DNA of 43,407 bases from an uncultured Hyphomicrobiales bacterium. GTDB taxonomy: Bacteria; Pseudomonadota; Alphaproteobacteria; Rhizobiales; Xanthobacteraceae. Both the position numbers and the translations under genes were made by a program. The stretch spans positions 9,314 through 52,720 of the forward strand of contig CAZFPR010000002.1 of the NCBI GenBank assembly GCA_964521045.1. The letters are read 5' to 3'. Positions 10,570 through 19,843 of this stretch are shown here, piece after piece. The notes beneath the pieces are model-generated. The model ran no database searches. It was not told the origin of the DNA and was given only the letters and a program-made list of their open reading frames with translations. The first letter of the stretch is position 1, and each line of letters opens with the position of its first letter.

Positions 10570-11739
10570 ATGAAGCTGTTATTCAGAATCGTCACTGCGC
10601 TGCTTGTTGCATTTTCGATAAACGCGGTACCGGCGAGCGCGCAGAATGCAGTCTATGTGATCCCGTATTTCGCGGAATCTGAAGGAGTGCAGTCGAATAT
10701 GTTCGTTCGTGAAGTCAAAAACGGCGATCAGGTTACCGCAGCCGAACTTGACCTCTGTTACCGCTTTGAGCTGGAAGGAAAGTGGGACCGCGTTGTCATC
10801 CCGTTGAAGGCGGACGGCGCCAGCCTGACTGGTTCGGGCGCGAGCCAGATCGAAAAGACCGCAGTCATCGTAAATTTTACCCGCAAACGGGTCGAGCGCG
10901 ATCTTTTATCTTACGATGGCGAGATCAAACTCGCCAGCAAGTCGTTCGCGTTCAGGAAGTATCCAGTCACCGAACACAACGATCTCGATTTTATGGATTT
11001 TCAGTCCATGACCAAAATCGAGGAGAATCCCGCGGATTTCACGGACGTCGCTCCGCACGAGATCGCTGTGCGCTTCAAGCGCGGAGAATTGAAGACGGTG
11101 CTGGAAGCGCTGCGCGGTGAACCGGTAATCGTTAAGCCGCGAAGCGGTCTGGTTCAGGACTGCTCCGTGCTGCGCAAAGGGTATCAGACGCTGGAACTGA
11201 CCCTTGCCCCGGAGAAAGCGCCGGAATTGCTCGCGAAGTTGCGCAAGCTGCTCGGCGTTATTACCGCCGGTTGGAGCGGCTATAGCCATATCGATCATGC
11301 CACGCGACTCCCGATTTCCGATTGGGGAATTGGCGGCAAGATCGATCGTAACAAGATCGCGGCCGAACTCGCCAAAAGCGCTTCGCGCGCGCTCGACGCC
11401 AAGTTTCAGTCCGCGAAGTGGAACACGCAGACCGGCGAGCTTCAGATCTTACTCACCCGCCCTTCGCAACGCTTTCATGAGGCGGGTTTCACCGAGGAGA
11501 TTGACGTGCGTTTCTTCGTGGAGCCGGAGCGCCCCGGCGCAACGGACTATTTTATTCTCTGGGTTAGGAGCGCCGACGTAACAGCCGTCGATAATGTTCC
11601 CGGCGCAGGTATCAAGCTCGAACCGTTCGAAATCATCGGTGGCGAGGGTATCTATATCGACATGGAACAACTCGCTAAGGCGATCACAAAAGACCAGCGC
11701 GGCCAGACCTGGGACAACGATACGCGGAAATGGAAGTGA
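10570..11739 (+). CDS. Secreted protein of unknown family (paralogue 1, 389 aa)
   Basis: GGGAG Shine-Dalgarno and ATG start. Signal peptide ...INAVPASA|QN. Colinear with the next gene. No recognisable domain. Confidence 0.75.
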   Translation: MKLLFRIVTALLVAFSINAVPASAQNAVYVIPYFAESEGVQSNMFVREVKNGDQVTAAELDLCYRFELEGKWDRVVIPLKADGASLTGSGASQIEKTAVIVNFTRKRVERDLLSYDGEIKLASKSFAFRKYPVTEHNDLDFMDFQSMTKIEENPADFTDVAPHEIAVRFKRGELKTVLEALRGEPVIVKPRSGLVQDCSVLRKGYQTLELTLAPEKAPELLAKLRKLLGVITAGWSGYSHIDHATRLPISDWGIGGKIDRNKIAAELAKSASRALDAKFQSAKWNTQTGELQILLTRPSQRFHEAGFTEEIDVRFFVEPERPGATDYFILWVRSADVTAVDNVPGAGIKLEPFEIIGGEGIYIDMEQLAKAITKDQRGQTWDNDTRKWK

Positions 11740-11769
11740 AAAAAGGCGCGGAGAAATCCGCGCCTTTTT
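11740..11769 (+). terminator. Rho-independent terminator after paralogue 1
   Basis: AAAAAAGGCGCGGA-GAAA-TCCGCGCCTTTTT. The stem is nearly the same as that of the groEL terminator. Confidence 0.75.
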
Positions 11770-11874
11770 ATATGCGTTTGCGAGGACGATCGAAAAATTC
11801 AACTCCCGTTCAGAGTGAGAGTTCCAGATTGATGGGGTAAGCCGTTTCCCTGCGCGATCAATGGAGCCGCGGAA

Positions 11875-13044
11875 ATGAAGAACTGGCCGGTCGTCTTTCT
11901 TGCTGCATTTATACTTTTTAGTGTCAGCTTCGCTGCGCACGCGCAAACCATCGTCGTTACGCAGCCTTATGTCGGCTTGAGCGACAAAGAGTCCGCGAAT
12001 GTGGTCATCCGCGAGCGGCGTAACGAGCCAAAGACCGAGAGTGCAGAGATCGATTTCTGTTTTCAGGCGACGCCGAACGGCGCGCTCGACCGCGCGGTTT
12101 TCGAATTGACGCCACGCGACGGCAAGCTCGCCGGATCGGGCGTAACCGAACGCACGAAAACGCCGATCGAGTTCAGCTATTCCGCCGCCTACAAAGGCGA
12201 CCAGCTCGGTTATACCGGCGTCGTGAAGGTCGGGAGTAGACAGCCGATAGACTTCAAAGCCGAGTACGTATCCGAAAACACCGAGAAGCAGTATCGCGAC
12301 ACGCTGATGCAAATTGCGCTGGTCGAACGGCCCACGAACTTCACGATGGTTTCCCCGCAATGGGTTGCGATCAGCACCAGGACCGGAACCATGCCGGCAT
12401 TGATCGCGTATCTGCGCGGTCAGAATGTATTGCTCGACGCGCTGTTCGGGCTGGTGGAGGATTGTGACGCGCTCCGAAGCGGCACGCAGACGATCCAGCT
12501 CATTGTGGCCCCCTCGCGCGCCGAAGCCGTAATCGCTGGTGCGAGAAAATTACCGGGCGTGGTTACCGCGGGCTGGGGCGGTCTGAGCCCGATTTCCTAT
12601 GCCGCACGCATTCCCGCCGCGCCATGGAGCAATGCCGGTACTCCTGACCGAAAGAAACTGGAAGCCGTACTTGCGAAAATCGTCGCGCGTTCGGTCGAAG
12701 GTACGTTCAGTTCTGCCGCATGGGATGAAACGACCGGTGATCTCGTGCTGAAGTTCAGGCGTGCCTCGCAATTTTTCCCGGGGCTCGGCTTCAGCGAATC
12801 GATCGAAGTTGCGTTGCTTGCCGAAAACGAGCGGCCCGGGCCCTCCGATCACATCGTGGTGCGGGTCAATAGCGTGAAGGCGTTGCTCGTCGACGAAACC
12901 GGTGCCGGCCGCCTGAAATTCAGGCCGCTGCACGAAATCGGCGGTGAGGGCCTCTTCGTGGATCAGGAGCCGATCGCGCAGGCGATCGCGCGCGAGTTGA
13001 AGGGCGTCACGTGGGATGCGCTGGAAGAGAAATGGAGCCGATAG
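11875..13044 (+). CDS. Secreted protein of unknown family (paralogue 2, 389 aa)
   Basis: GGAG Shine-Dalgarno and ATG start. Signal peptide ...VSFAAHA|QT. Shares motifs with paralogue 1 (GVVTAGWGG, EIGGEGLFVD, VTWD). Confidence 0.75.
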   Translation: MKNWPVVFLAAFILFSVSFAAHAQTIVVTQPYVGLSDKESANVVIRERRNEPKTESAEIDFCFQATPNGALDRAVFELTPRDGKLAGSGVTERTKTPIEFSYSAAYKGDQLGYTGVVKVGSRQPIDFKAEYVSENTEKQYRDTLMQIALVERPTNFTMVSPQWVAISTRTGTMPALIAYLRGQNVLLDALFGLVEDCDALRSGTQTIQLIVAPSRAEAVIAGARKLPGVVTAGWGGLSPISYAARIPAAPWSNAGTPDRKKLEAVLAKIVARSVEGTFSSAAWDETTGDLVLKFRRASQFFPGLGFSESIEVALLAENERPGPSDHIVVRVNSVKALLVDETGAGRLKFRPLHEIGGEGLFVDQEPIAQAIARELKGVTWDALEEKWSR

Positions 13045-13057
13045 CGCCGTAGAAAAA

Positions 13058-13567
13058 TTATAGCCAGCTCGCCGGCCACTTTCCTTCGTGATCGACGAAA
13101 TGGTTTTCGATGCCGTGCCAGATATAGGCGAGTGCGGTGAGCAGGATCACGCCCGCAAGCACCGGCATCAGCAGGAAGCTCCACGGCAGCGCTGACGTCA
13201 CGATGATAAGCGGGTTGATCCCCGCGGGCGGATGCATGGTGCGCGTGAAATGCATCGCGACGATCGCAAGTCCGACCGCGAGCGCCGCTGCGAATGCGCC
13301 CGATCCGAGTATCGACAAAACGGCAAGACCCATAAAAGTCGAAATCAGGTGACCGCCGATCAGCGCACGCGGCTGGCCGGGCGGTGCGTCTGGAAGCGCG
13401 ATCACGTTCACAACGGAAGTAGCGAACGGCACCAGCGCAATCGGAAAATGCCCGATCTCCGCGAGCCAGTGCATCGCATAGATGCCGATGCCGCCGCCAA
13501 GCGCCCGCCAGGCATAGGTCTTCCAGTTGGACTTGATGTTCTCGAAAAGGTCTTCTCTTTCAGGCAA
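13058..13567 (-). CDS. HPP family membrane protein
   Basis: Four TM segments and the family motif MHPPAGINP. The only in-frame start before TM1 is TTG 13567, which overlaps the upstream ChbG-like stop by 8 nt (TTGCCTGA). Confidence 0.7.
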   Translation of the reverse strand: MPEREDLFENIKSNWKTYAWRALGGGIGIYAMHWLAEIGHFPIALVPFATSVVNVIALPDAPPGQPRALIGGHLISTFMGLAVLSILGSGAFAAALAVGLAIVAMHFTRTMHPPAGINPLIIVTSALPWSFLLMPVLAGVILLTALAYIWHGIENHFVDHEGKWPASWL

Positions 13568-14381
13568 GGGTAGCTGCGGCGCCTTTCATCGCGTCGTGAA
13601 ACCCTTCGCTAGCAAGCAAGGAATATTCCTCTTCGCGGCGCTCGACCAATTTGTCGCGGGAGCGGAGCACGCCGTCGATGATGCCCGGATGGACCATCAC
13701 CACGCCGCCGTCGGTGAGTTCGTCGAGAAAGCGCGGGAAAAGATCCGAGAATCTCTCCTTGCCTGCGAATTCATAGGCACCCGAGAACGACGGATTGACG
13801 CCAAGCCCGGCGCGTTTGGCGAGCCGCTCGAGCCCGAGGCTCAGCGTTCCGATCACGCGGGTTTTGTTGTCTGCGGAGATCAGCGCCGATTTCCGGGCCG
13901 GCGCGCATTGGCGCACCCAGGCCTTTGGCGCAAGCTTCGCCACGGTCTGCACAAATGTTTTGCGGATCGCGGGCATGAGGTGGCAGTGCTGGTGACCGTC
14001 CACATAGTCGGGGGGCCGGCCGAAGGCGTGGGCGAAGGCTTCGATCTGGGCTTCGATTTCGAGCGCGACGGAATTCTTGCTCACCTTCAGGAGCGACAGC
14101 GGCGAAAGCAGCGCCATCATGTCCGGCAGCTTTCCGTCGCTTGTTACCATGGGCGGCGAGACGAGCGGTTGGAAGCCGCCGGAAAGCGTGAGGTGCAGGC
14201 CGATCTGGATCGGAGCCGGCGAAGGCGTATCGGCGAGCGCTTTCGCCTCGTCTTCGAGCCCCGGGAAGATCGTCATCACCGAGGTCGCGTTGAGGCGGCC
14301 TTTGGCTACAAGGTCGCGGATCGCTTTCGAAACACCGGGCGCGATATTGTAATCGTCCGCGCAGATGACGACGCGCTTCAC
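13560..14381 (-). CDS. ChbG/HpnK/YdjC-family carbohydrate deacetylase
   Basis: VKRVVICADDYNIAPGVSKAI..., IGLHLTL and DYVDGHQHCH are YdjC-family blocks. GTG start 14381 overlaps the GT2 stop as GTGA. The track ORF reaching 14627 is an upstream extension. Confidence 0.85.
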   Translation of the reverse strand: MKRVVICADDYNIAPGVSKAIRDLVAKGRLNATSVMTIFPGLEDEAKALADTPSPAPIQIGLHLTLSGGFQPLVSPPMVTSDGKLPDMMALLSPLSLLKVSKNSVALEIEAQIEAFAHAFGRPPDYVDGHQHCHLMPAIRKTFVQTVAKLAPKAWVRQCAPARKSALISADNKTRVIGTLSLGLERLAKRAGLGVNPSFSGAYEFAGKERFSDLFPRFLDELTDGGVVMVHPGIIDGVLRSRDKLVERREEEYSLLASEGFHDAMKGAAATLA

Positions 14382-15406
14382 TCGGCGGCCTCGCGCGGCG
14401 TGCCGGAACGGCGCTCGCTGTATTCGCTCTTGCCGGTTTCGCGCAGTTCGCTTTCGGCGATGAAATAGGACGGCCGCCGCTTCAACTCGGAAAGAATTTT
14501 CGCGATGTATTCGCCCATCACCCCGAGCACGAGCAACTGCACGCCGCCGATCACCATGATGCCGACGATGACCGAGGGATAGCCCGGAACGGTTTTGCCG
14601 AGCACGAGCGTTTCGAACAGGATCCATAGCCCGAACAGAAATGCGCTCGCCGACAGCAACATGCCGAGCAGGCTCGCGATCCGGAGCGGAGCCGCGGAAA
14701 ACGAAGTCAGCCCCTCGATCGAAAGGCCGAGCAGCGCCCGCATGTTCCAGCTCGACGCGCCGTAGGCGCGCGGCGCCGGTTCGTAGGGCACGCGGACTTG
14801 CCGGAAGCCGATCCAGCTCGACATGCCTTTGAAGAAGCGGTTGCGCTCGGGCATCTGCCGCAGCGCATCCGCCGCGCGCGGCGAGAGCAGGCGGAAGTCG
14901 CCGGCGTCTTCCGGGATTTCCTGCCGCACGTTGAAATTCAGCACGCGATAGAAAAGCTTCGCGAACAGCCTGCGCGTGGCCGGTTCGTTCTCCCGGTGCG
15001 CCTTCGCCGTATAGACGACGTCGTAGTGCTCGTCCTGCCAGAGTGCCACGAGTTTCTCGGCAAGCTCCGGCGGATGCTGGCCGTCGCCGTCCATGAACAG
15101 GATCGCGTTCTTGCGGGCATGCTCGAGACCCGCGAGCAGTGCGGATTCCTTGCCGAAGTTCCGCGAGAACGAAATCGTCTGCACGTCGGCTTTCTCGGCG
15201 GGCAGGCCGCGCGCGATCGCATAGGTATTGTCGCGGCTGCCGTCATCGACATAGACGATCTCGACCGCCAATCCGCGCTGGCTACCGAGGCGCTCCGCAA
15301 GCAGCATGAGCTTCTTGTGAAGTGCCGGGAGCCCGGTGGCCTCGTTGAAGACCGGGACGACGATGGTGAGGCCTTCCGCCCTTTTCATGCCTTGCTTCGC
15401 GTTCAT
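14378..15406 (-). CDS. Family-2 glycosyltransferase, polyprenyl-phosphate sugar synthase type (GtrB/ArnC-like)
   Basis: LTIVVPVFNE, VYVDDGSRDNT and FMDGDGQHPP, plus two C-terminal TM helices, are typical of GtrB/ArnC/DPM1-like enzymes. The start is uncertain (ATG 15406 or 15388; the track start 15472 is less likely). Confidence 0.85.
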   Translation of the reverse strand: MNAKQGMKRAEGLTIVVPVFNEATGLPALHKKLMLLAERLGSQRGLAVEIVYVDDGSRDNTYAIARGLPAEKADVQTISFSRNFGKESALLAGLEHARKNAILFMDGDGQHPPELAEKLVALWQDEHYDVVYTAKAHRENEPATRRLFAKLFYRVLNFNVRQEIPEDAGDFRLLSPRAADALRQMPERNRFFKGMSSWIGFRQVRVPYEPAPRAYGASSWNMRALLGLSIEGLTSFSAAPLRIASLLGMLLSASAFLFGLWILFETLVLGKTVPGYPSVIVGIMVIGGVQLLVLGVMGEYIAKILSELKRRPSYFIAESELRETGKSEYSERRSGTPREAAE

Positions 15407-15542
15407 CTGGGTTGCCCGGCTGCGTTGCAGCCAGTTTCTTCCTTCCGCTTTCCGTTTCCTAGCGCAAAGCAAAAACGCGGTAAAACGCCCGTGGTTCGGC
15501 CCGCCGCCGTGCTAGGAAACGGCCCTTGCCCCAAGTGATTCC

Positions 15543-15932
15543 ATGCGCGCTCTCCTCAAGCAGATTTTCAGTTTCGGCCTGATCGGCTTCGTCAACGCCG
15601 GCGTGGATACCGCCGTGTTTTTCGCGGCGATCCAGTTCCTGACCGGCAACCTGATCGTGGCAAATATCTGCGCCTGGGCGGTCGCGGTGAGCTGTTCCTA
15701 TGCGCTCAATTCGCGCTTTACCTTCAGGAAGCCGTTCCGCCTGAAGGACTATCTCTTCTTCGCGGCGACCCAGATCGGGGGACTGGTCGCAAACACGACC
15801 GCACTGGTGCTGACCGCGCCGCTGGTGCCCTTGATCGTCGCCAAGATCATCGCGATCGGCTTCGGCTTCGTCGTGAATTTCACGCTCGCGCGCTTTATCG
15901 TCTTCCGGGCGCCGGATAAAGCCTCATCCTGA
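15543..15932 (+). CDS. GtrA family membrane protein (putative polyprenyl-P-sugar flippase)
   Basis: 129 aa with four TM segments. FGLIGFVNAGVDTAVFF and NSRFTFRK are typical of GtrA. The last 3 codons and the stop lie inside a REP unit. Confidence 0.85.
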   Translation: MRALLKQIFSFGLIGFVNAGVDTAVFFAAIQFLTGNLIVANICAWAVAVSCSYALNSRFTFRKPFRLKDYLFFAATQIGGLVANTTALVLTAPLVPLIVAKIIAIGFGFVVNFTLARFIVFRAPDKASS

Positions 15933-16013
15933 GGAGCCGCAAAGCGGCGTCTCGAAGGATGAGGCTCATGGTTCGAGACGCGCTCGCTTACGCTCGCGCT
16001 CCTCACCATGAGG
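15922..16013. repeat. REP/BIME-like double hairpin, copy 3 (CC unit then GG unit)
   Basis: Same sequence family as copy 1. It fills the convergent gap between gtrA and hisG. Confidence 0.9.
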
Positions 16014-16015
16014 AT

Positions 16016-16987
16016 TTATGAAATCTTCGCCATCAGCTTGTCGAACAGCGGATTGTCCTGCGCGAATACATATTCCGGCGCCGACACGATCACGGTTTCG
16101 GCCCCGCGCTCGCGCAGGAAGATCGTGAACTCGCGCAGCGTCGACGGCGGGCACAGCAGCGTGAGCATGCCCGAGGACGTCGGCCCGCCGAACGGCGACT
16201 GCACGCCGAAGCGGCCCTTGGCTTCCGCGAGCATTTCTTCGTCCGCGCCTTTGAAGCGCATGCGCACCTCGCGCATGGTGCGGGCGCGCCGCTCCGCCGC
16301 GATGCGGTCGAGGAGCAGCTGTGCGGCCTTGCGCGCTTTCGCGTTCCAGTCGGCATTGATCGAGGCGACGAGATTGGCCTGCGAGCGCAGCATGATGCCG
16401 TCGTCGATCACTTTCAGGCCGTTCGCGGCAAGCGTCGAGCCCGTCGTGGTGATGTCGACGATGAGTTCGGCCGTGCCCGCCGCGGGTGCGCCTTCGGTCG
16501 CGCCCAGGCTTTCGACGATGCGATAGTCGGCGATGCCGTGGCCCGCGAAGAAGGCCCGCGTCATGTTCACGTATTTCGTGGCGACCCGCATGCGCGCGCC
16601 GCGTTTTGCGTGAAACGCAGTTGCGACGTCGTCGAGGTCTTCCATGGTGCGTACGTCGATCCATGCCTGCGGCACAGCGACGACGACATTCGCGTAACCG
16701 AAGCGCAGCCCTTCGAGCAGCACGACCTTTTTGTCGGCGTCGGGAATGGATTCGCGAACGAGGTCCTCGCCGGTGATGCCGATATGGATCGAGCCCTGCG
16801 CGAGCGAAGTCGCGATGTCGGCTGCCGAGAGATAGGCGACTTCGACATCGGCGATTTCCGGGATCGTGCCGCGATAGTCGCGGCCGCCGCGGCCCTGCAC
16901 GAGCGAAAGGCCCGCGCGCCCGAAGAACGAGTGTGCGTTCTCCATCAGGCGGCCCTTCGACGGAACGGCGAGAATGAGCGCGCTCAT
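16016..16987 (-). CDS. hisG: ATP phosphoribosyltransferase HisG with a C-terminal extension
   Basis: [19 protein letters not shown]..., TGEDLV and [18 protein letters not shown] are HisG blocks. The ATG overlaps the hisZ stop as ATGA. About 100 extra C-terminal residues are present. Confidence 0.92.
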   Translation of the reverse strand: MSALILAVPSKGRLMENAHSFFGRAGLSLVQGRGGRDYRGTIPEIADVEVAYLSAADIATSLAQGSIHIGITGEDLVRESIPDADKKVVLLEGLRFGYANVVVAVPQAWIDVRTMEDLDDVATAFHAKRGARMRVATKYVNMTRAFFAGHGIADYRIVESLGATEGAPAAGTAELIVDITTTGSTLAANGLKVIDDGIMLRSQANLVASINADWNAKARKAAQLLLDRIAAERRARTMREVRMRFKGADEEMLAEAKGRFGVQSPFGGPTSSGMLTLLCPPSTLREFTIFLRERGAETVIVSAPEYVFAQDNPLFDKLMAKIS

Positions 16988-18117
16988 ACCGCGCCTCCCG
17001 CGCTTTCGAGTTCGGCGATCCACGCCGCGAAACCGACCGCGGGGATGCGCGTGTCGCTGCCGAGCAGCGTCATCAGGTTGTCGTAGCGGCCACCTGCAAC
17101 GAGCGGCGCATTCACGCGCTCGAAGGGATCGTAGATTTCGAAGACCATGCCCGAGTAATAGTCGAGTGCGCGGCCGAACGCGGTCGCGAAGCGGATTTTC
17201 GAAACGTCGATGCCTGCGGCGGCAATGAATCCCGTGCGCTGCTCGAATTCGCCGAGTGCCGCCGAAAGATCGAGCTTCGCTTCGGAAGCAAGCGCGCGAA
17301 GCGCGCCGAGCGCCTCATCCGGGTCGCCGGCGATGCGCAGGTATTTTTCGAGTACGCCAGCCGCATCCGGCGCAAGACCCGAAGTCGCGCCGCGCGACGA
17401 CTGCTCGAGAAAGCGCTCGGCGATTTCTTCCGGCGTGCGTCCGCCGACCGCGGAGATGCCTGCGATCGAAAGAATATCGGTGACGAAGGCGCGGGCCGCT
17501 TTCGGATCGGAGCCTTCGAGCGCCGCAAGCACGCCCGCGTGCGAGGCGCGCGGATCGGATTTATTACGCAACGAAGCGAGGTCGGCTTCCAGCGTACCGG
17601 TGCGGTTGAAGTCTTTGAGCAAACGCCGCTGCCATGCGGGCGGCAGTTTCAGCGCGGAAACGAGTGCCGAGAACAGGCCGACATCGCCCATGCGGATTGC
17701 CGGCGCATCGATCCCGAAAACTTTCGTGGATTCGAGCGCGAGCGAAAGGCATTCCGCGTCCGCGGCCGATCTGTCCTGGCGGCCGAGCTGCTCGATGCCC
17801 GCCTGCATGTATTCGCCGCTGCCGCCGCCGCGGTCGCGGAAGATAGGCCCGAGGTAGCAGTAGTTCGCGGCCTTGCCGTTCTTCTCGATGTGCGCGCGGC
17901 AGACCGGAATCGTGAGGTCGGGGCGCAGGCAGAGTTCGCGGCCTTCGGAGTCGGTGAAGATGTAGAGACGACGGCGCAGTTCCTCGCCCGAGAGTTCGAG
18001 GAAGCTCTCGGCGGGTTGCAGGATCGCAGGTTCGACGCGCGCATAGCCCGCGCGCTCGTAGAGTTCTACGAGGGCGCTGGCGCGGCCGTTCTTGCCGTTT
18101 TGTGTACCTGTCGTCAT
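16984..18117 (-). CDS. hisZ: ATP phosphoribosyltransferase regulatory subunit HisZ
   Basis: HisS paralogue lacking the anticodon-binding domain ([15 protein letters not shown]..., GGRYDNL). ATG 18117 was chosen because the track extension to 18195 runs into the repeat. Confidence 0.88.
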   Translation of the reverse strand: MTTGTQNGKNGRASALVELYERAGYARVEPAILQPAESFLELSGEELRRRLYIFTDSEGRELCLRPDLTIPVCRAHIEKNGKAANYCYLGPIFRDRGGGSGEYMQAGIEQLGRQDRSAADAECLSLALESTKVFGIDAPAIRMGDVGLFSALVSALKLPPAWQRRLLKDFNRTGTLEADLASLRNKSDPRASHAGVLAALEGSDPKAARAFVTDILSIAGISAVGGRTPEEIAERFLEQSSRGATSGLAPDAAGVLEKYLRIAGDPDEALGALRALASEAKLDLSAALGEFEQRTGFIAAAGIDVSKIRFATAFGRALDYYSGMVFEIYDPFERVNAPLVAGGRYDNLMTLLGSDTRIPAVGFAAWIAELESAGGAV

Positions 18118-18181
18118 GGCGCGGGCTTGTAGCAGGGGAAGGGATGGGGCGCTACGCAAAGTGCGTAGAGGGTTACTTCGT

Positions 18182-18324
18182 GTCGTCCCGGCCAAGCGGC
18201 GTACTTCACGCCGCGCGAGCCGGGACCCATAACCACCCGATTCTCCACTAAGGCAGGGAGTATGGGTCCCCGCTGGAGCCTGTCATCGGGCGCGCGCAAG
18301 CGCGACCCGTTGGCGGGGACGACG
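18182..18324. repeat. Second repeat family (about 143-bp double hairpin), copy A
   Basis: GTCGTCCCGGCC...GGCCGGGAC-type and GTCCCCGC...GCGGGGAC hairpins. This copy is the reverse complement of the copy at 19844-19984. Confidence 0.88.
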
Positions 18325-18326
18325 GA

Positions 18327-19799
18327 CTACTTGATGGAATGTCGTGCCAAAACTTCCCGCACCGTCTCCACGAGCTTCTCGCGCGGGACAGAGAACTGCG
18401 CCGGGCGCGAGGCGCGCCATTCGGTGTTCGAGGCGATCATCTCGGCGGCCTTCTTGCCGTCGATCAGGTCCTTGATCTGGACTTCGCCGCGCGCAAGTTC
18501 GTCGCCGCCCTGGATCACGGCAACAGGTGAATTGCGGCGGTCGGCGTATTTCAACTGGTTGCCGAAGTTCTTCGGATTGCCGAGATAAAGCTCGGCACGG
18601 ATTCCGGCCTCGCGAAGCTCTTTGACCATCGCCTGATAATCGGCGACGCGGTCCTTGTCGAAGATCGTGACGACCACCGGACCAAATTCCGGCTTGTCGT
18701 CGATCTTCTTCAGCATGCGGAGTGCCGCCAGGAGCCGCGACACGCCGATGGAGAATCCCGTCGCCGGTACCGGTTCGCTGCGGAAGCGCGCGATCAGGCC
18801 GTCATAGCGTCCGCCGCCGCCGACCGAGCCGAAGCGGACCGGGTTTCCTTTTTCGTCTTTGGTCTCAAAAGTGAGTTCGGCTTCGTAAACCGGGCCGGTG
18901 TAATATTCGAGCCCGCGCACGACGGAAGGATCGACCAGCACGCGATCTTCATAGCCGCTCGCGGCGACAAGCTTGCTGATCGTGACGAGTTCTTCGATGC
19001 CTTCTTCGCCAGCCGGCGCGAGCTTTACTTCATTCTTGATGTTGTCGACCGTTTCGCGATTGCCTTTGCCCTTCGCACCCACGAACTTGGTGATTGCGTC
19101 GATGCCGGCAGCGTCGAGTCCAGCGCCCTTTGTAAAGTCGCCGGATTCGTCCTTGCGGCCCGCGCCGAGCAGTTGCTTCACGCCTTCGATGCCGAGGCGG
19201 TCGAGCTTGTCGATCGCGCGCAGAACCGTGAGACGCTGTTCGGGCGCGATCTTTGCCGCATCCATCACGCCATCAAGCACCTTGCGGTTGTTCACCTTGA
19301 TGACGTAGTTGCCGCGCGCAATCCCGAGCGCTTCCAGCGTGTCGGCGGCCATCATGCACATCTCGGCATCGGCTGCGACGGTCGCGGAGCCAACCGTATC
19401 CGCGTCGAATTGGAGAAACTGCCGGAAGCGGCCCGGACCCGGCTTTTCGTTTCTGAACACATTGCCGAAGCGGTACGAGCGATAGGGCTTCGGCAACTGA
19501 TCGAAGTTCGCGGCGACGTAACGCGCAAGCGGCGCGGTCAGGTCGTAACGCAGCGACATCCACTGCTCGTCGTCATCCTGAAACGAGAACACGCCTTCGT
19601 TCGGACGATCGCTGTCGGGCAGGAATTTCCCGAGCGCCTCGGTGTATTCGATCGCGGGCGTCTCGACCGCTTCGAAGCCATAGCGTTCGTATACCCCGCG
19701 GGTCGCTTCGGCCATGACGCGCAGCGCGCGCAATTCTTCCGGGCCCCGGTCTTCGAGACCGCGGGGCAGGCGGGGCTTGATTTTGTTCGGTTTGTTCAT
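18327..19799 (-). CDS. hisS: Histidine--tRNA ligase
   Basis: 490 aa with class II aaRS motifs ([49 protein letters not shown]). Confidence 0.95.
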   Translation of the reverse strand: MNKPNKIKPRLPRGLEDRGPEELRALRVMAEATRGVYERYGFEAVETPAIEYTEALGKFLPDSDRPNEGVFSFQDDDEQWMSLRYDLTAPLARYVAANFDQLPKPYRSYRFGNVFRNEKPGPGRFRQFLQFDADTVGSATVAADAEMCMMAADTLEALGIARGNYVIKVNNRKVLDGVMDAAKIAPEQRLTVLRAIDKLDRLGIEGVKQLLGAGRKDESGDFTKGAGLDAAGIDAITKFVGAKGKGNRETVDNIKNEVKLAPAGEEGIEELVTISKLVAASGYEDRVLVDPSVVRGLEYYTGPVYEAELTFETKDEKGNPVRFGSVGGGGRYDGLIARFRSEPVPATGFSIGVSRLLAALRMLKKIDDKPEFGPVVVTIFDKDRVADYQAMVKELREAGIRAELYLGNPKNFGNQLKYADRRNSPVAVIQGGDELARGEVQIKDLIDGKKAAEMIASNTEWRASRPAQFSVPREKLVETVREVLARHSIK

Positions 19800-19843
19800 G
19801 CGGAAAAGCGGATAGCAGAAAAACCGCTATTTCAAAAAGCTAT

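Noticed and set aside
13560-14627. Track ORF giving a 355-aa ChbG-like protein
   Set aside because: The first ~80 codons overlap the GT2 gene in another frame and are Arg-rich nonsense. Family homology starts at VKRVVICADDYN, and a GTGA coupling site is present at 14381.
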